Shown: positions 6,747-16,915 of the stretch, piece by piece
Layout: every line of letters begins with the position of its first letter
Position numbering within the stretch: the first letter of the stretch is position 1
Origin: a virus
Lineage: Duplodnaviria; Caudoviricetes
Virus record (IMG/VR): IMGVR_UViG_3300033463_000051
Coordinates: 1-64,000 of that record
Direction: 5' to 3' (one strand)
DNA length: 64,000 nucleotides
Made by a program: the position numbers and the translations under genes
Notes under the pieces: model-generated
Told to the model about the DNA's origin: nothing
What the model saw: the letters and a program-made list of their open reading frames with translations, nothing else
Databases searched by the model: none

Positions 6747-7985
6747 ATGGTAAGGGTTTGCGACGCTATAATGGGCACCGGCAAGACATCGGCTGCCATT
6801 GAATATATGAACACCCATCCCGAAGATAAATTTATCTATATCACTCCGTATCTTGCGGAAGCCACCAGGGTCAGACGCGGATGTCCGTTAAAGGATTTTG
6901 TGGAGCCAAGAAACGACCTAAAGCAGTATAGTTTTAAAAAATCTGAACATACGCTTGCTCTTATTAAGGAAGGTCGGAATATAACGACTACCCATCAGGC
7001 CTTTAAGGGATATACCGACGAAATGTTAGAATATATTAAAAAATATCAATACACGCTTATCGTGGATGAAAACGTGGATGTTTTGGAGTCGTGCGAGATC
7101 CACCCAGACGACCTTCATCTTCTTGTGGAGTCCGGATACGTAGAAAAAAAAGATGGCGTCTACTCCCTTGCTAATGATACGTACAATGGAGACGCCTTTA
7201 CGTGGATATTCTCATTATTAAAATCAAGGGAATTGTTTTACACAACAGACGGGAGCGGAGACGAGACAAACGAACTCTACTACTGGATTCTCCCACCGGA
7301 GTTGTTTACCTCATTTAAAGATGTGTATATTTTAACGTATCTTTTTCAAGGGCAGAGCCTATACTATTTTACTAAAATATATAACATCCCCTTCGAATAT
7401 ATCGGTATTCAGCGTACCGACGACGGATATATATTCGGAAATCATCCCGGATATGTTCCGGAATATATAACGCATCTAAGAGACGTTCTTCATGTTTTAG
7501 ATAATAGCCGGTTAAACGATATTGGTGACGAGCATTACGCACTGTCTATGAACTGGTTTAAACAAGGCGGGGAGAATTTATCTAAACTTAAGAATAATGT
7601 CAGTAATTACTATACAAACATCTGGAGAGATGTTCCTGCCGACAGACGGTTATGGGGTAGTTATAACGGAGCTTATGGTAAGGTGAAGGGCAAGGGCTAT
7701 GCCAAGGCGTTTTTAACCTTCAATGCTAAAGCCACAAATGCCTATAAAAACAGAGACTGTCTTGTTTATATCGCCAACGTATTTATGAGTGTAAGCCAAA
7801 AGAATTTCTACCAACTCCACGGGATAGAAGTCGATGAAGATGCATATGCACTATCAGTCATGATACAGTGGCTGTGGAGATCGGCTGTTCGCGAGGGAAA
7901 CGATGTATATGTCTACATCCCCAGCAGGCGCATGAGGAATCTCCTGAATCACTGGATGGACTCCCTGGAGGTGCACCATGACTAA
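6747..7985 (+). CDS. P-loop NTPase, SF2 helicase-like (SPbeta YonV-like)
   Basis: N-terminal DAIMGTGKT Walker A, LIVDE Walker B, QWLWRSAVR motif VI-like. Confidence 0.75.
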   Translation: MVRVCDAIMGTGKTSAAIEYMNTHPEDKFIYITPYLAEATRVRRGCPLKDFVEPRNDLKQYSFKKSEHTLALIKEGRNITTTHQAFKGYTDEMLEYIKKYQYTLIVDENVDVLESCEIHPDDLHLLVESGYVEKKDGVYSLANDTYNGDAFTWIFSLLKSRELFYTTDGSGDETNELYYWILPPELFTSFKDVYILTYLFQGQSLYYFTKIYNIPFEYIGIQRTDDGYIFGNHPGYVPEYITHLRDVLHVLDNSRLNDIGDEHYALSMNWFKQGGENLSKLKNNVSNYYTNIWRDVPADRRLWGSYNGAYGKVKGKGYAKAFLTFNAKATNAYKNRDCLVYIANVFMSVSQKNFYQLHGIEVDEDAYALSVMIQWLWRSAVREGNDVYVYIPSRRMRNLLNHWMDSLEVHHD

Positions 7986-8166
7986 GAAATGTTCCCTGTG
8001 CCTATGGAACGATCAGTGTTATATTACAAGTTCTATATGCGCCCACTTTACTCCCATTAATGACGAACCGATAGAGTCAGATTTAGAGGATTTAATCGAA
8101 CGTGAGCGGTTTCGGTTTTATGAGGATTGGTTCGAGTATATCGCCGGGTGGGCTGATTATTTATGA
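7978..8166 (+). CDS. Small Cys-containing acidic protein
   Basis: RBS GGAGGTG; overlaps the upstream stop. Confidence 0.65.
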   Translation: MTKKCSLCLWNDQCYITSSICAHFTPINDEPIESDLEDLIERERFRFYEDWFEYIAGWADYL

Positions 8167-8206
8167 TATATCAGTTTAATAGTATTGTTTCCTAAGGGGT
8201 GATACT

Positions 8207-10933
8207 ATAGGAAAGCAACTTGTATGCCAGAAATACATATATAAAATACATAGCAGTCGACTCAGAGAAGAACGCTGGAAACTGAAGCTCCCGATTGCCG
8301 AGGCAAGGCGTAATGATGAGATAATATCGATTGCCGACAGCCAACTGCTTAGGTGGATAGATGAACTTAACGGGATAACCGACGCGGACGCCGAAGCTCG
8401 CAAGATTAAGGCTGAAATTAAAAAAATACGCAGCGAATCAAATTCCGCTAAAAGCAGTAGGGCTATCCGTCGTCTGTATGAAGAACTCGATCGTATCCAG
8501 TTTAAACCCGACTATATGTGTCTGATTATAGACAAGAAGAAAGACTACTATCGTGCGTGTAAGGGGTTTTATATCAACGGCATTAAGTATCGTCGATTAC
8601 TGGGGACGAACGGGGGTATAAAAAATTCAACGATAGTATTTGTTAGCGAGCGGCTCGTTGCCGAACTTAGAAGGCGCATCGAAAACGGGCGCGACCCATC
8701 CGTTGAACTGGTCACTGCTAAATTGGAGGCCTATAAGGCGTTAACGTGCAGCGCATCGAACCCCGTATCTATGCCACAGGGCATACTGGTAGTAAACGAC
8801 GCCGAAACAGAGTTTTATTCAGATATCATTTCCTTGACGGACGAAGACGGCGGCGAACCGATAATGGAATATCGTCACAATGAACTGATTAGCATGAACG
8901 CATCAGACGGATTTGGACTCATGCTTCCCTCTCTCGCCAAACGGTGGAGCGAGGAACTGGATCTCGGATATGATATGTCCGGAGCAAATACCAGGTTTAG
9001 TTGGGAAAAGGGTATGGTCTTTACGTTTGATTATATAGAGTTCGCGGAAAGGGTTGCCGGTACATATTTTGTTAAGGATGCGTGGGGAAATACCGTAGAC
9101 GTTCGGGATACAGAGATCGTCCTTACAACATCTATGGTAAAACTTTGGGATAGTTATCCGGACTGCGAGGACTATGTCAGTAGATCTATCGAAAATGGAT
9201 ATACTTTCGGAATCTCTAAGACTTGCCCAGAGGAACTTGAGAGCGAGCGCAATTTGAACTATCAGTTTATTCAGAGTCTACCTCTTTCGGATGAAGATAT
9301 TAAAGAGTTGGTCTCCCCTACGATGAACGAGATAAGGGCAGTTCTTGGCGGCGACTGGAGAAAAACAGTGCTGTTCCTAAAAGGCTCTGGAATGAACGAG
9401 CGGAATGTACATCGACTTGAGGATAATTTTATTAAGGCGGTTATGATAGACGAGAGAGTACTTAATGATCCGTTTGTCCTCAATAATATTTATCAGCTTA
9501 TTTGCAACCGTATTAACGAGGCTAAAGTCGGAGTGCTTAAGGTTCATGGCAACTATTCGGTAATTGGAGGAGACCCCTATCTTTTATGCCAGAGCTTTTT
9601 CGGACTCCCCAAGACTGGGTTGCTTAAAGCCGGAGAAATATATAACGAGTATTGGGCGAATATAGGATCGGAAAAGTTAGCGTGTTTCCGTGCTCCTATG
9701 ACCTGTCGGGAAAATATCAGAGCGGTTCGTCCTGCAGATAACGATGAGGTGAGGTATTGGTATAGGCATATTCATACCGCCACTGTGTTCAACGGTTGGG
9801 ATACTGCTCCGGCTGCATTAAACGGGTGCGATTTTGATGGGGATATTGTAATGCTTACAGACAATCCGGTTTTAGTCCGACATCTTATCCCTCTTCCCGC
9901 TCTTATGTGTGCCCAAAGGAAAGCTAAGAAAACAATATCCGACGAGGATGATTTTATTCAGTCTAACATAGCAAGTTTCGGAAATGAGATTGGACAAACT
10001 ACAAATAAAGTCACGAGTATGTTTGAGGTCAGGTCGAGATACTCGGAGAATTCTGAAGAATACAAGGTATTGTCGTATCGCATCAGGTGCGGGCAACTAT
10101 ACCAACAGAACGCTATAGACAAGGCAAAGGGTATTATATGTATGCCTATGCCAAAGACCTGGTATGACAGACATGCGGTCGCAAAAATAGAAGATAACGA
10201 TAAGCGGGATCTATACCGCAGGATATCTGCAGAAAAGAAGCCGTACTTCATGCGATATATATATCCTTCCCTTATGAAAAAATATAATCAGTACATAAAA
10301 AATACAAACCGTAACTGTATGAGAGAGTTTCAGATGTCTGTTAGCGAGTTAAAAGAGATTCCATACAGCGACCTTACCGAAAGGCAAAAGGAGTTCCTTC
10401 ATTATTACGACTATTACATGCCTGTGGGAACCGGCGACTGTATTATGAACAAGATATGCCGAATGTTTGAAGAGGCTTTTGATGGGTATGTATCAAAACA
10501 AAGCGCAACACATCCCTTTGATTATAAAATAATGAAAAGTGCGGCCGAGTACAGTTCTTCCCAGATGAGTCGCATTAAGGGGTTGTATGAGGACTACAAC
10601 CGGAGATTGAGCAATTACTCTGTCTTTATGGAATACGAGAGAGTCGACGAATATGACTCCTATAATGAATATATGACAATGAACGACGACTTTAGGAGGG
10701 CTTGTTCTGAGGTCTGTCAGGACAGGTTTGCCCTATGCAATATGCTACTGGACATGTGTTATACGCGTAGTTCGGCGAAGAGATTTGTGTGGAGTATGTG
10801 CGGCGAGGAAATAATTAAAACGCTCTTGGTAAAGAACGGGAATAAGTTATCCTTTCCGATTAAGGATGAAGATGGGGATATAGAGTATTGCGGGGTAAAG
10901 TTTATGATTAAAACAATAGAGGTGACCGAATGA
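8207..10933 (+). CDS. YonO-like phage RNA polymerase (double-psi beta-barrel, cellular RdRP-like family); probable ATA start
   Basis: LNGCDFDGD catalytic loop, FRAP, GGDP, NAIDKAKG; frame open from 8183; RBS AAGGGGTGA before ATA 8207 (ORF track starts at 8516). Confidence 0.85.
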   Translation: MGKQLVCQKYIYKIHSSRLREERWKLKLPIAEARRNDEIISIADSQLLRWIDELNGITDADAEARKIKAEIKKIRSESNSAKSSRAIRRLYEELDRIQFKPDYMCLIIDKKKDYYRACKGFYINGIKYRRLLGTNGGIKNSTIVFVSERLVAELRRRIENGRDPSVELVTAKLEAYKALTCSASNPVSMPQGILVVNDAETEFYSDIISLTDEDGGEPIMEYRHNELISMNASDGFGLMLPSLAKRWSEELDLGYDMSGANTRFSWEKGMVFTFDYIEFAERVAGTYFVKDAWGNTVDVRDTEIVLTTSMVKLWDSYPDCEDYVSRSIENGYTFGISKTCPEELESERNLNYQFIQSLPLSDEDIKELVSPTMNEIRAVLGGDWRKTVLFLKGSGMNERNVHRLEDNFIKAVMIDERVLNDPFVLNNIYQLICNRINEAKVGVLKVHGNYSVIGGDPYLLCQSFFGLPKTGLLKAGEIYNEYWANIGSEKLACFRAPMTCRENIRAVRPADNDEVRYWYRHIHTATVFNGWDTAPAALNGCDFDGDIVMLTDNPVLVRHLIPLPALMCAQRKAKKTISDEDDFIQSNIASFGNEIGQTTNKVTSMFEVRSRYSENSEEYKVLSYRIRCGQLYQQNAIDKAKGIICMPMPKTWYDRHAVAKIEDNDKRDLYRRISAEKKPYFMRYIYPSLMKKYNQYIKNTNRNCMREFQMSVSELKEIPYSDLTERQKEFLHYYDYYMPVGTGDCIMNKICRMFEEAFDGYVSKQSATHPFDYKIMKSAAEYSSSQMSRIKGLYEDYNRRLSNYSVFMEYERVDEYDSYNEYMTMNDDFRRACSEVCQDRFALCNMLLDMCYTRSSAKRFVWSMCGEEIIKTLLVKNGNKLSFPIKDEDGDIEYCGVKFMIKTIEVTE

Positions 10934-11694
10934 CGATAACGCTAAACGAGAACGAATGGGCTAGAAGCATGATAGCTTCAAAATCACTTGGCAAGCAGCC
11001 TGCAGAAACTTTAACTAGGGTCGCCAGGTATTACATAGACAATAATTATCCAAAGCGTGAGGTTCGTAAGATGTTAGGCAATTTTTTATTACAGTGTGAC
11101 CCGACCGCCTCTTTGCCTAAGTGGTCTGATCTGTTAGATAGAGCGGTAGATCGCGCTATGAATAATGAGGCCGTAAACATACAACATATCATTATTACTG
11201 ATTCAGAAATGCGAAGGATAGATGCGTTAGGCAGAGTTCAAATAAAACGGCTGGCATTTACACTCTTATGTCTTGCTAAATACTGGGATATCGCCAGAAA
11301 CTCCACATCTCATTGGGTAAATAGTAAAGATAATGAGATAATGCGCATGGCAAACATCACTACATCCGTAAAGCGTCAAAGCGAAATGTATCATACCCTT
11401 AATCTGTTAGGTATGATCCAGTTTTCCAAAAGGGTCGATAATACGAATGTACGGGTATGTTTTATAGAGGACGGGGCTCCCGCCATGTATATAACAGACT
11501 TCCGAAATCTAGGATATCAATATTTAAAGGCGCATGGCGGGCCATATTTTGAATGTCAGAATTGCGGTATTACAACCAAGTACAAAGACCCCGTAAGGGG
11601 CTTAAAACAAAAATACTGCCGTGATTGTGCTGCCGAGATAGCTATCCGGCAACGTGTCAATTCTGTTATGCGTAAGAGAGCATCTAGTACTTGA
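10930..11694 (+). CDS. Hypothetical protein with C-terminal zinc finger, coupled to the RNAP gene (possible late-transcription factor)
   Basis: ATGA overlap; CQNC..CRDC. Confidence 0.7.
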   Translation: MTITLNENEWARSMIASKSLGKQPAETLTRVARYYIDNNYPKREVRKMLGNFLLQCDPTASLPKWSDLLDRAVDRAMNNEAVNIQHIIITDSEMRRIDALGRVQIKRLAFTLLCLAKYWDIARNSTSHWVNSKDNEIMRMANITTSVKRQSEMYHTLNLLGMIQFSKRVDNTNVRVCFIEDGAPAMYITDFRNLGYQYLKAHGGPYFECQNCGITTKYKDPVRGLKQKYCRDCAAEIAIRQRVNSVMRKRASST

Positions 11695-11833
11695 ATTTAG
11701 CATTTGTTGAAATTTGATTAGTGCTCAAACCCCTTGATATACAATGGGTTTTGGGATATTTGATAAAACGCTGAAGTGGTGGTAAATATTAGGAGATTTA
11801 CTTAAACTGATAATAAAGGAATGATATTAATAA

Positions 11834-12070
11834 ATGATACTCATCAGCAAAGACGAACGCGACGCTGTTGTCGAGGCCTTCCCGCATGTACGCATGGTCA
11901 GAACGGTAAAACAGAAGTCCAAAAGGCATCGCTATTACTGCGAGGAGGATCGTCGTGTTATGAAATTTATCAACGGGCTGCGCAACGGCAATAGCACCGA
12001 GAAATCAAAGGAGAGTGGTTCAAATTCGCCTAGATCGTATGGAAAACGAGACTCCGTTAAATTATCATAA
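11834..12070 (+). CDS. Small basic hypothetical protein
   Basis: RBS-like AAAGGA; first gene after the intergenic gap. Confidence 0.6.
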   Translation: MILISKDERDAVVEAFPHVRMVRTVKQKSKRHRYYCEEDRRVMKFINGLRNGNSTEKSKESGSNSPRSYGKRDSVKLS

Positions 12071-13247
12071 GCGTTTGATTTACGGCAAGCTCGTAGATAA
12101 GACGCTATCAGATATGGATTATACGGAACTCTCTCAGTATGTTTATGGTCGTCCATACTCAAGCGATGTCGCAAGACGGCTTATGTATGGCAGCAAATAC
12201 ACCCTCGAACTTATGGACAGAGAGTGTTCGGATAAAATCAGCGACAAGAGTCTTTTATCCGAGATCGAACTTAAGACAGCCGAGTTGAAAAAGGAGCGGC
12301 AAAGGCTAAGCGACCAACGCCGCGAATATAATAAACTGATCTCGTCTGAAGGGCGAAGGGAGCATCTGTACGATTCGCTGAAGGAGGCTGCCGAGAACCT
12401 AAGTACCACGGTTGGAGAATTATATACTCCGTGGGAGCGCGATGATTCGGTAGCTTCTGATTACTCCGACAAAGAAGCCGTACTTGTTTTTGGCGACTGG
12501 CATTATGGTATGAAGACAGATAATGTTTTTAATACATATGATACTAGTATATGTAGGGAGCGAGTCAGGCGTGTGGTTGATAATGCTATACACAGGCTTA
12601 AATTACACAGGTGCGGCAAGTTACACATAATAATATTAGGGGACTTATTTCACGGGGCTATACATACCAGCGCCAGGGTCGCGTCAGAGGAGCTTGTGTG
12701 CGACCAGATAATGCAGGTATCGGAAATACTCGCACAATCCATTTGCGAACTCGCCGCCTATGTTGATGAGGCAACCGTATATATGACGTACGGTAATCAT
12801 GGACGTACTGTCCAAAATAAAATGGACAATATACATAGAGATAACATGGAGCGTCTGATTCCGTGGTGGTTAAAGCAGCGTTTATCCGGGTGTACCAACA
12901 TAACTATTTCAGATGAGCCGGATAATGAGTTCGTCGTAATAAATGTGGCGGGTCACGATATCGCGGCCTCCCATGGTGATCTTGACTCTGTAAGAAATGC
13001 TCCCAGACTGTTTTCAGGGATATTTGATAAATACTATCAGACAGACATTGAATATATTATTTTGGGAGATAAGCATCACACTGAAAGTTTCAACGAACTC
13101 GGCATAACCGCAGAAATATGTGGCTCTCTTTGTGGCACGGATGACTACGCAAATAATAAGCGTCTGTTTTCACGTCCAAGCCAGCTAATGCTGATAGTAG
13201 ATCGGGATTACGGTATAGATGCGGAATATAGATTAAAATGTGATTAA
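12015..13247 (+). CDS. Calcineurin-like metallophosphoesterase with N-terminal coiled coil (YonJ-like)
   Basis: GDWHYG, LGDLFHG, GNHGR, HGD and GDKHH motifs. Confidence 0.85.
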   Translation: MVQIRLDRMENETPLNYHKRLIYGKLVDKTLSDMDYTELSQYVYGRPYSSDVARRLMYGSKYTLELMDRECSDKISDKSLLSEIELKTAELKKERQRLSDQRREYNKLISSEGRREHLYDSLKEAAENLSTTVGELYTPWERDDSVASDYSDKEAVLVFGDWHYGMKTDNVFNTYDTSICRERVRRVVDNAIHRLKLHRCGKLHIIILGDLFHGAIHTSARVASEELVCDQIMQVSEILAQSICELAAYVDEATVYMTYGNHGRTVQNKMDNIHRDNMERLIPWWLKQRLSGCTNITISDEPDNEFVVINVAGHDIAASHGDLDSVRNAPRLFSGIFDKYYQTDIEYIILGDKHHTESFNELGITAEICGSLCGTDDYANNKRLFSRPSQLMLIVDRDYGIDAEYRLKCD

Positions 13248-13253
13248 TGATTC

Positions 13254-13282
13254 GATACCGCCGCGGTAAATGCGGCGGTATC
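13254..13282 (+). terminator. GC-rich hairpin (weak U-tract)
   Basis: GATACCGCCGC-ggtaaat-GCGGCGGTATC. Confidence 0.5.
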
Positions 13283-13331
13283 TTCATATCTGAATAAAGG
13301 GATTTAATGATATTTAAAGAGAGGTGTTAAT

Positions 13332-13559
13332 ATGAAGCCCATCACAAGAATAGAAAACTTCCTCGCCAAAATTGCTGGCAGCCAGGAGGCTAAGAATATT
13401 GCCCCAAAGACGAGGTTTGAATACTTCCTTGCTAAAATTGCGGGTGATGAACTTGAAAAGGAGATCGCTCCCAGAACGAGAATAGAGCACTTCCTTAATG
13501 ATATAGCAGAAGCCAAAGCCGAGGAAGAGGATAAAGACGACGGCCAGAATAGCGAATAA
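13332..13559 (+). CDS. 75-aa protein made of three PxTRxExFLxxIA repeats
   Basis: RBS GAGAGGTG; same module starts the ORFs at 52377 and 54401. Confidence 0.75.
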   Translation: MKPITRIENFLAKIAGSQEAKNIAPKTRFEYFLAKIAGDELEKEIAPRTRIEHFLNDIAEAKAEEEDKDDGQNSE

Positions 13560-13617
13560 GACCACGAACAAGATGTCTGATGATCCAATATGACATCATA
13601 GAAGTAAAGGAGTTTGT

Positions 13618-14070
13618 ATGAACAAAAAGGAACTAGTAAGTCGTACCGCTAGTATTATGCGGGAACGCGGTTTGCGTAAACTTGTCAAGTCTCCAAAACA
13701 AGTTTTCCATATTTCAGACGACGAGGGAAATGTAAGAGACTTTACGGTACGTAAATCTGAAAAGGAAGTGTTATATACCGTTGAGGATGTTGATGCAGTT
13801 CTAAATGCTTGCATTGATGCTATCAAAGAAGCCCTCGTGGATGGATCTTCTGTAAACATATGGGGATTCGGAACGTTTAGTTTAAAATATCGCAAAGCAG
13901 GGGCAACTAGGGACTTTGATACTGGAGAATGGATCGATATAAAGGCTAGGTATGTTCCTAAATTTAGTTGCGGAACCGATTTGCGGATGTGCGCCAAATT
14001 ATATGAACTATCACTTAACGATACAAATATAGATACTGTGTCGCTTGAGGAAGAAGTAGACGGTGGTTAA
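13618..14070 (+). CDS. HU/IHF-family DNA-binding protein with N-terminal insertion
   Basis: MNKKELV, GFGTFSL, TRDFDTGEWIDIKARYVPKF. Confidence 0.85.
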   Translation: MNKKELVSRTASIMRERGLRKLVKSPKQVFHISDDEGNVRDFTVRKSEKEVLYTVEDVDAVLNACIDAIKEALVDGSSVNIWGFGTFSLKYRKAGATRDFDTGEWIDIKARYVPKFSCGTDLRMCAKLYELSLNDTNIDTVSLEEEVDGG

Positions 14071-14072
14071 TA

Positions 14073-15107
14073 GTGCCAATTGAAGTAAGTTCTGATAAGG
14101 TTATTTGTTTTAGGTGTGGCAAGGCGTTTAGCCGCCGCCGGAGCTTTTTTCCGGTCAGTTACGCTATTCTGTATAAAGGCGTGGGCTATTTACCGTTTTG
14201 TAGAGATTGCATAGAGACTATGTATAATACATATTTATCTCAGTGTAATAATGCAAAGGACGCGGTGCACCAAATGTGTCGTAAACTGGATGTGTTTTGG
14301 AGCGAAAGTTTATTTGATAGCGTATTTCGCCAAAACACCACACGTACTGTAATGTCACAGTATTTAGCAAAACTTAGCACCGTGTCTTATGCGGGAAAGT
14401 CGTACGATGACACACTTGCTTCGGAGGGGACTTTATGGCTTTTTAGTTCATCCGCGCCAACATTAACACCAGAATCACAGCCGCTCGTTTTAGAAACGGA
14501 TGAAGATGCCGACACGGATTCCGACGAACCCGTTTCAGAAGAAGTGGTTGCGTTTTGGGGCCCGGGATATACACCAAACATGTATAGGGGACTCGAACAA
14601 CGAAGATCCTACTGGATGTCTCGTTTCCCACAGGGTGCCGATATGGACATAGGAACGGAGGCTCTTATACGCCAGATATGCTCACTGGAGCTTGATATTA
14701 ACAGGGATAGGGCTGCGGGTAAGGCCGTAGATAAAAGTGTAACCGCGCTTAACACTCTGTTAGGAAGCGCGAATCTTAAGCCCAAACAAAAAGACGACGC
14801 GGCGGCCGGATTGGTTGAGATTCCTCTTGGCGTATGGCTTCATCGTTATGAAAACGAGAGACCGCTACCCGAGATCGACGACGATATGAAAGACGTTAAC
14901 AAAATCCAAAAGTATGTGTTTACATGGCTCGGCCATGTGTGTAAGATGCTCGGCAAAAAGAACGGCTTTTCTCGACTATATGAGCAGGAAGTACAGAGGT
15001 TACGTGTGGAACGCCCCGAGTTTGTAGACGAGGACGACGAAGAAATGATCATGGACGTTCTTGATGGCTCAATAGACGAGCCTGATGACGAGGTCGGTGA
15101 TGTCTAG
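14073..15107 (+). CDS. Zn-binding protein preceding TerL, putative terminase small subunit (YonG-like position)
   Basis: CFRC..CRDC; synteny. Confidence 0.55.
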   Translation: MPIEVSSDKVICFRCGKAFSRRRSFFPVSYAILYKGVGYLPFCRDCIETMYNTYLSQCNNAKDAVHQMCRKLDVFWSESLFDSVFRQNTTRTVMSQYLAKLSTVSYAGKSYDDTLASEGTLWLFSSSAPTLTPESQPLVLETDEDADTDSDEPVSEEVVAFWGPGYTPNMYRGLEQRRSYWMSRFPQGADMDIGTEALIRQICSLELDINRDRAAGKAVDKSVTALNTLLGSANLKPKQKDDAAAGLVEIPLGVWLHRYENERPLPEIDDDMKDVNKIQKYVFTWLGHVCKMLGKKNGFSRLYEQEVQRLRVERPEFVDEDDEEMIMDVLDGSIDEPDDEVGDV

Positions 15108-15109
15108 CA

Positions 15110-16915
15110 ATGGACAGGAAGCAGAGATATCGCAAGATATTAGATGGAGCCGCTTTGTGGGGAGCGTTTTATCGCGCCAACCCGGAAAAGTTTGTTGGAG
15201 ACTATCTGCATATACAACTTAGATTATTTCAAAAAATACTTATCGTGATGATGTTTTGGTCAAACCTTTTTGTATTTATTGCGGCGCGAGGTTTGGGCAA
15301 GACTTTCCTAAGCGCTATTTATTGCGTTACCAGATGTATCTTATATCCGGGCACGCGTATATGTATTGCCTCTGGAACCAGAGGTCAGTCTATACTTGTA
15401 CTAGAAAAGATCATTCAGGAGTTGAAACCGAGATCTCCTGAGTTGTGTTCTGAGATAGATGAAAAGGAAACTAAAGTCAATAATACGATAGGTCAAGTAA
15501 TGTTTAAGAATACCAGCGTCATTAAAGTGGTCACCGCTTCGGATACGAGCCGAGGCAACAGGTGCAACGTTCTATTATTGGACGAGTATAGGTTGTTATC
15601 TCTAAATGTGATACGCGCCGTATTGAGTAAGTTCCTCAATTACAGGCGTATGCCTCTTTACTCGGAGTTATCCGATGAGGAGCGCAAACTCGAGTATGAC
15701 AAGGAAAAGAATCTTACGATGTACCTGTCGAGCGCATACTTTAAAGATAGTTGGGCTTACACCAGATGCGTTGATACGTTTGATGCCATGACCAGCGGGC
15801 ATCGCAAGCAGTTTATCTGTGGTCTCCCCTACCAGATGTCTTTACTGGAAGGGCTGCTCGATCCAGAAACAGTCATGGACGATATGTCCGAGTCGGACTT
15901 TAACGAAGTGACATGGATGATGGAAATGGAAGCTTTGTTTTACGGGTCAGACGAAGACGCGTTTTTCGACTTTTCTTCCATTTCTAAAAACAGAAGAATT
16001 CAGTATCCGATGCTCCCGGACAAAATTTCATCCAAACTTCCGAATTCGCAAGCAATAAGGATTCAGCCGAAACAGAACGGCGAGGTTAGGTTGCTTTCGG
16101 CGGATATTGCGCTTATGTCTAGCAAAAAGAATAACAACGACGCCACTGCCATCTTTATCAACCAACTTCTTCCAACGAGAGGTGGGAGATATATGAGCAA
16201 CATCATATATGCAGACGCTTACGAGGGATTAAGGACAGATGACCAGGCTCTGATTATTCGCAAGATGTACGAAGAATATAACTGCGACTACATCGTACTG
16301 GACTGTTCGGGACTTGGTATTGGCGTGTATGATAGTTTGGCTAGAGATATGACAGACCCCGAGACCGGAGAATTATATCCGGCATTATCTTGTTGTAACA
16401 ATGCCGAAATGGCTGCGAGATGTACGGCTATAAATGCGGATAAGGTGATATGGGCAATTAAAGCCAGTTCGCAGTTTAACTCTGATTGTGCGTTCCAACT
16501 TAGAGAGGGATTTAGGAGCGGGCGAATTCGTCTGCTTGTAAATGAATATGACGCCCAGGAGTTGTTGGGCGAACTCAAAGGGTACGCCTCATTGAATCCG
16601 CCCGAACGAATGCAATTCCAAATGCCGTATGTGCACACTACGTTATTGGTAGACGAACTCGTCAAGTTACAGCACGAGGAGTCAGACGGCAAAGTTAAAA
16701 TATTCGAAAAGTCTGGGATGCGGAAAGACCGGTATTCCAGCTTATCATATAATTACTATGTAGCGATGAAACTTGAGAGTAAATTAAGCAAAAGATATAG
16801 TTCTAATTCCCAGGTTTCAGAAGCATTTATTATTAAGCCACCATCCGGCACAGGAAAGGCGGTGAGTGAGTTTAGTGGCAAAACAGACAAAAACAGATCG
16901 TCGTGGAGGCGATAA
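15110..16915 (+). CDS. terL: Terminase large subunit
   Basis: AARGLGKT Walker A, LLLDE Walker B, LSSA motif, SADIA and KDRYSS nuclease motifs. Confidence 0.9.
   Translation: MDRKQRYRKILDGAALWGAFYRANPEKFVGDYLHIQLRLFQKILIVMMFWSNLFVFIAARGLGKTFLSAIYCVTRCILYPGTRICIASGTRGQSILVLEKIIQELKPRSPELCSEIDEKETKVNNTIGQVMFKNTSVIKVVTASDTSRGNRCNVLLLDEYRLLSLNVIRAVLSKFLNYRRMPLYSELSDEERKLEYDKEKNLTMYLSSAYFKDSWAYTRCVDTFDAMTSGHRKQFICGLPYQMSLLEGLLDPETVMDDMSESDFNEVTWMMEMEALFYGSDEDAFFDFSSISKNRRIQYPMLPDKISSKLPNSQAIRIQPKQNGEVRLLSADIALMSSKKNNNDATAIFINQLLPTRGGRYMSNIIYADAYEGLRTDDQALIIRKMYEEYNCDYIVLDCSGLGIGVYDSLARDMTDPETGELYPALSCCNNAEMAARCTAINADKVIWAIKASSQFNSDCAFQLREGFRSGRIRLLVNEYDAQELLGELKGYASLNPPERMQFQMPYVHTTLLVDELVKLQHEESDGKVKIFEKSGMRKDRYSSLSYNYYVAMKLESKLSKRYSSNSQVSEAFIIKPPSGTGKAVSEFSGKTDKNRSSWRR

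Noticed and set aside
8516-10933. True RNA-dependent RNA polymerase or RNA-replicon system
   Set aside because: The DFDGD family in SPbeta-like phages (YonO) is a DNA-dependent RNAP for late genes, and the context here matches.
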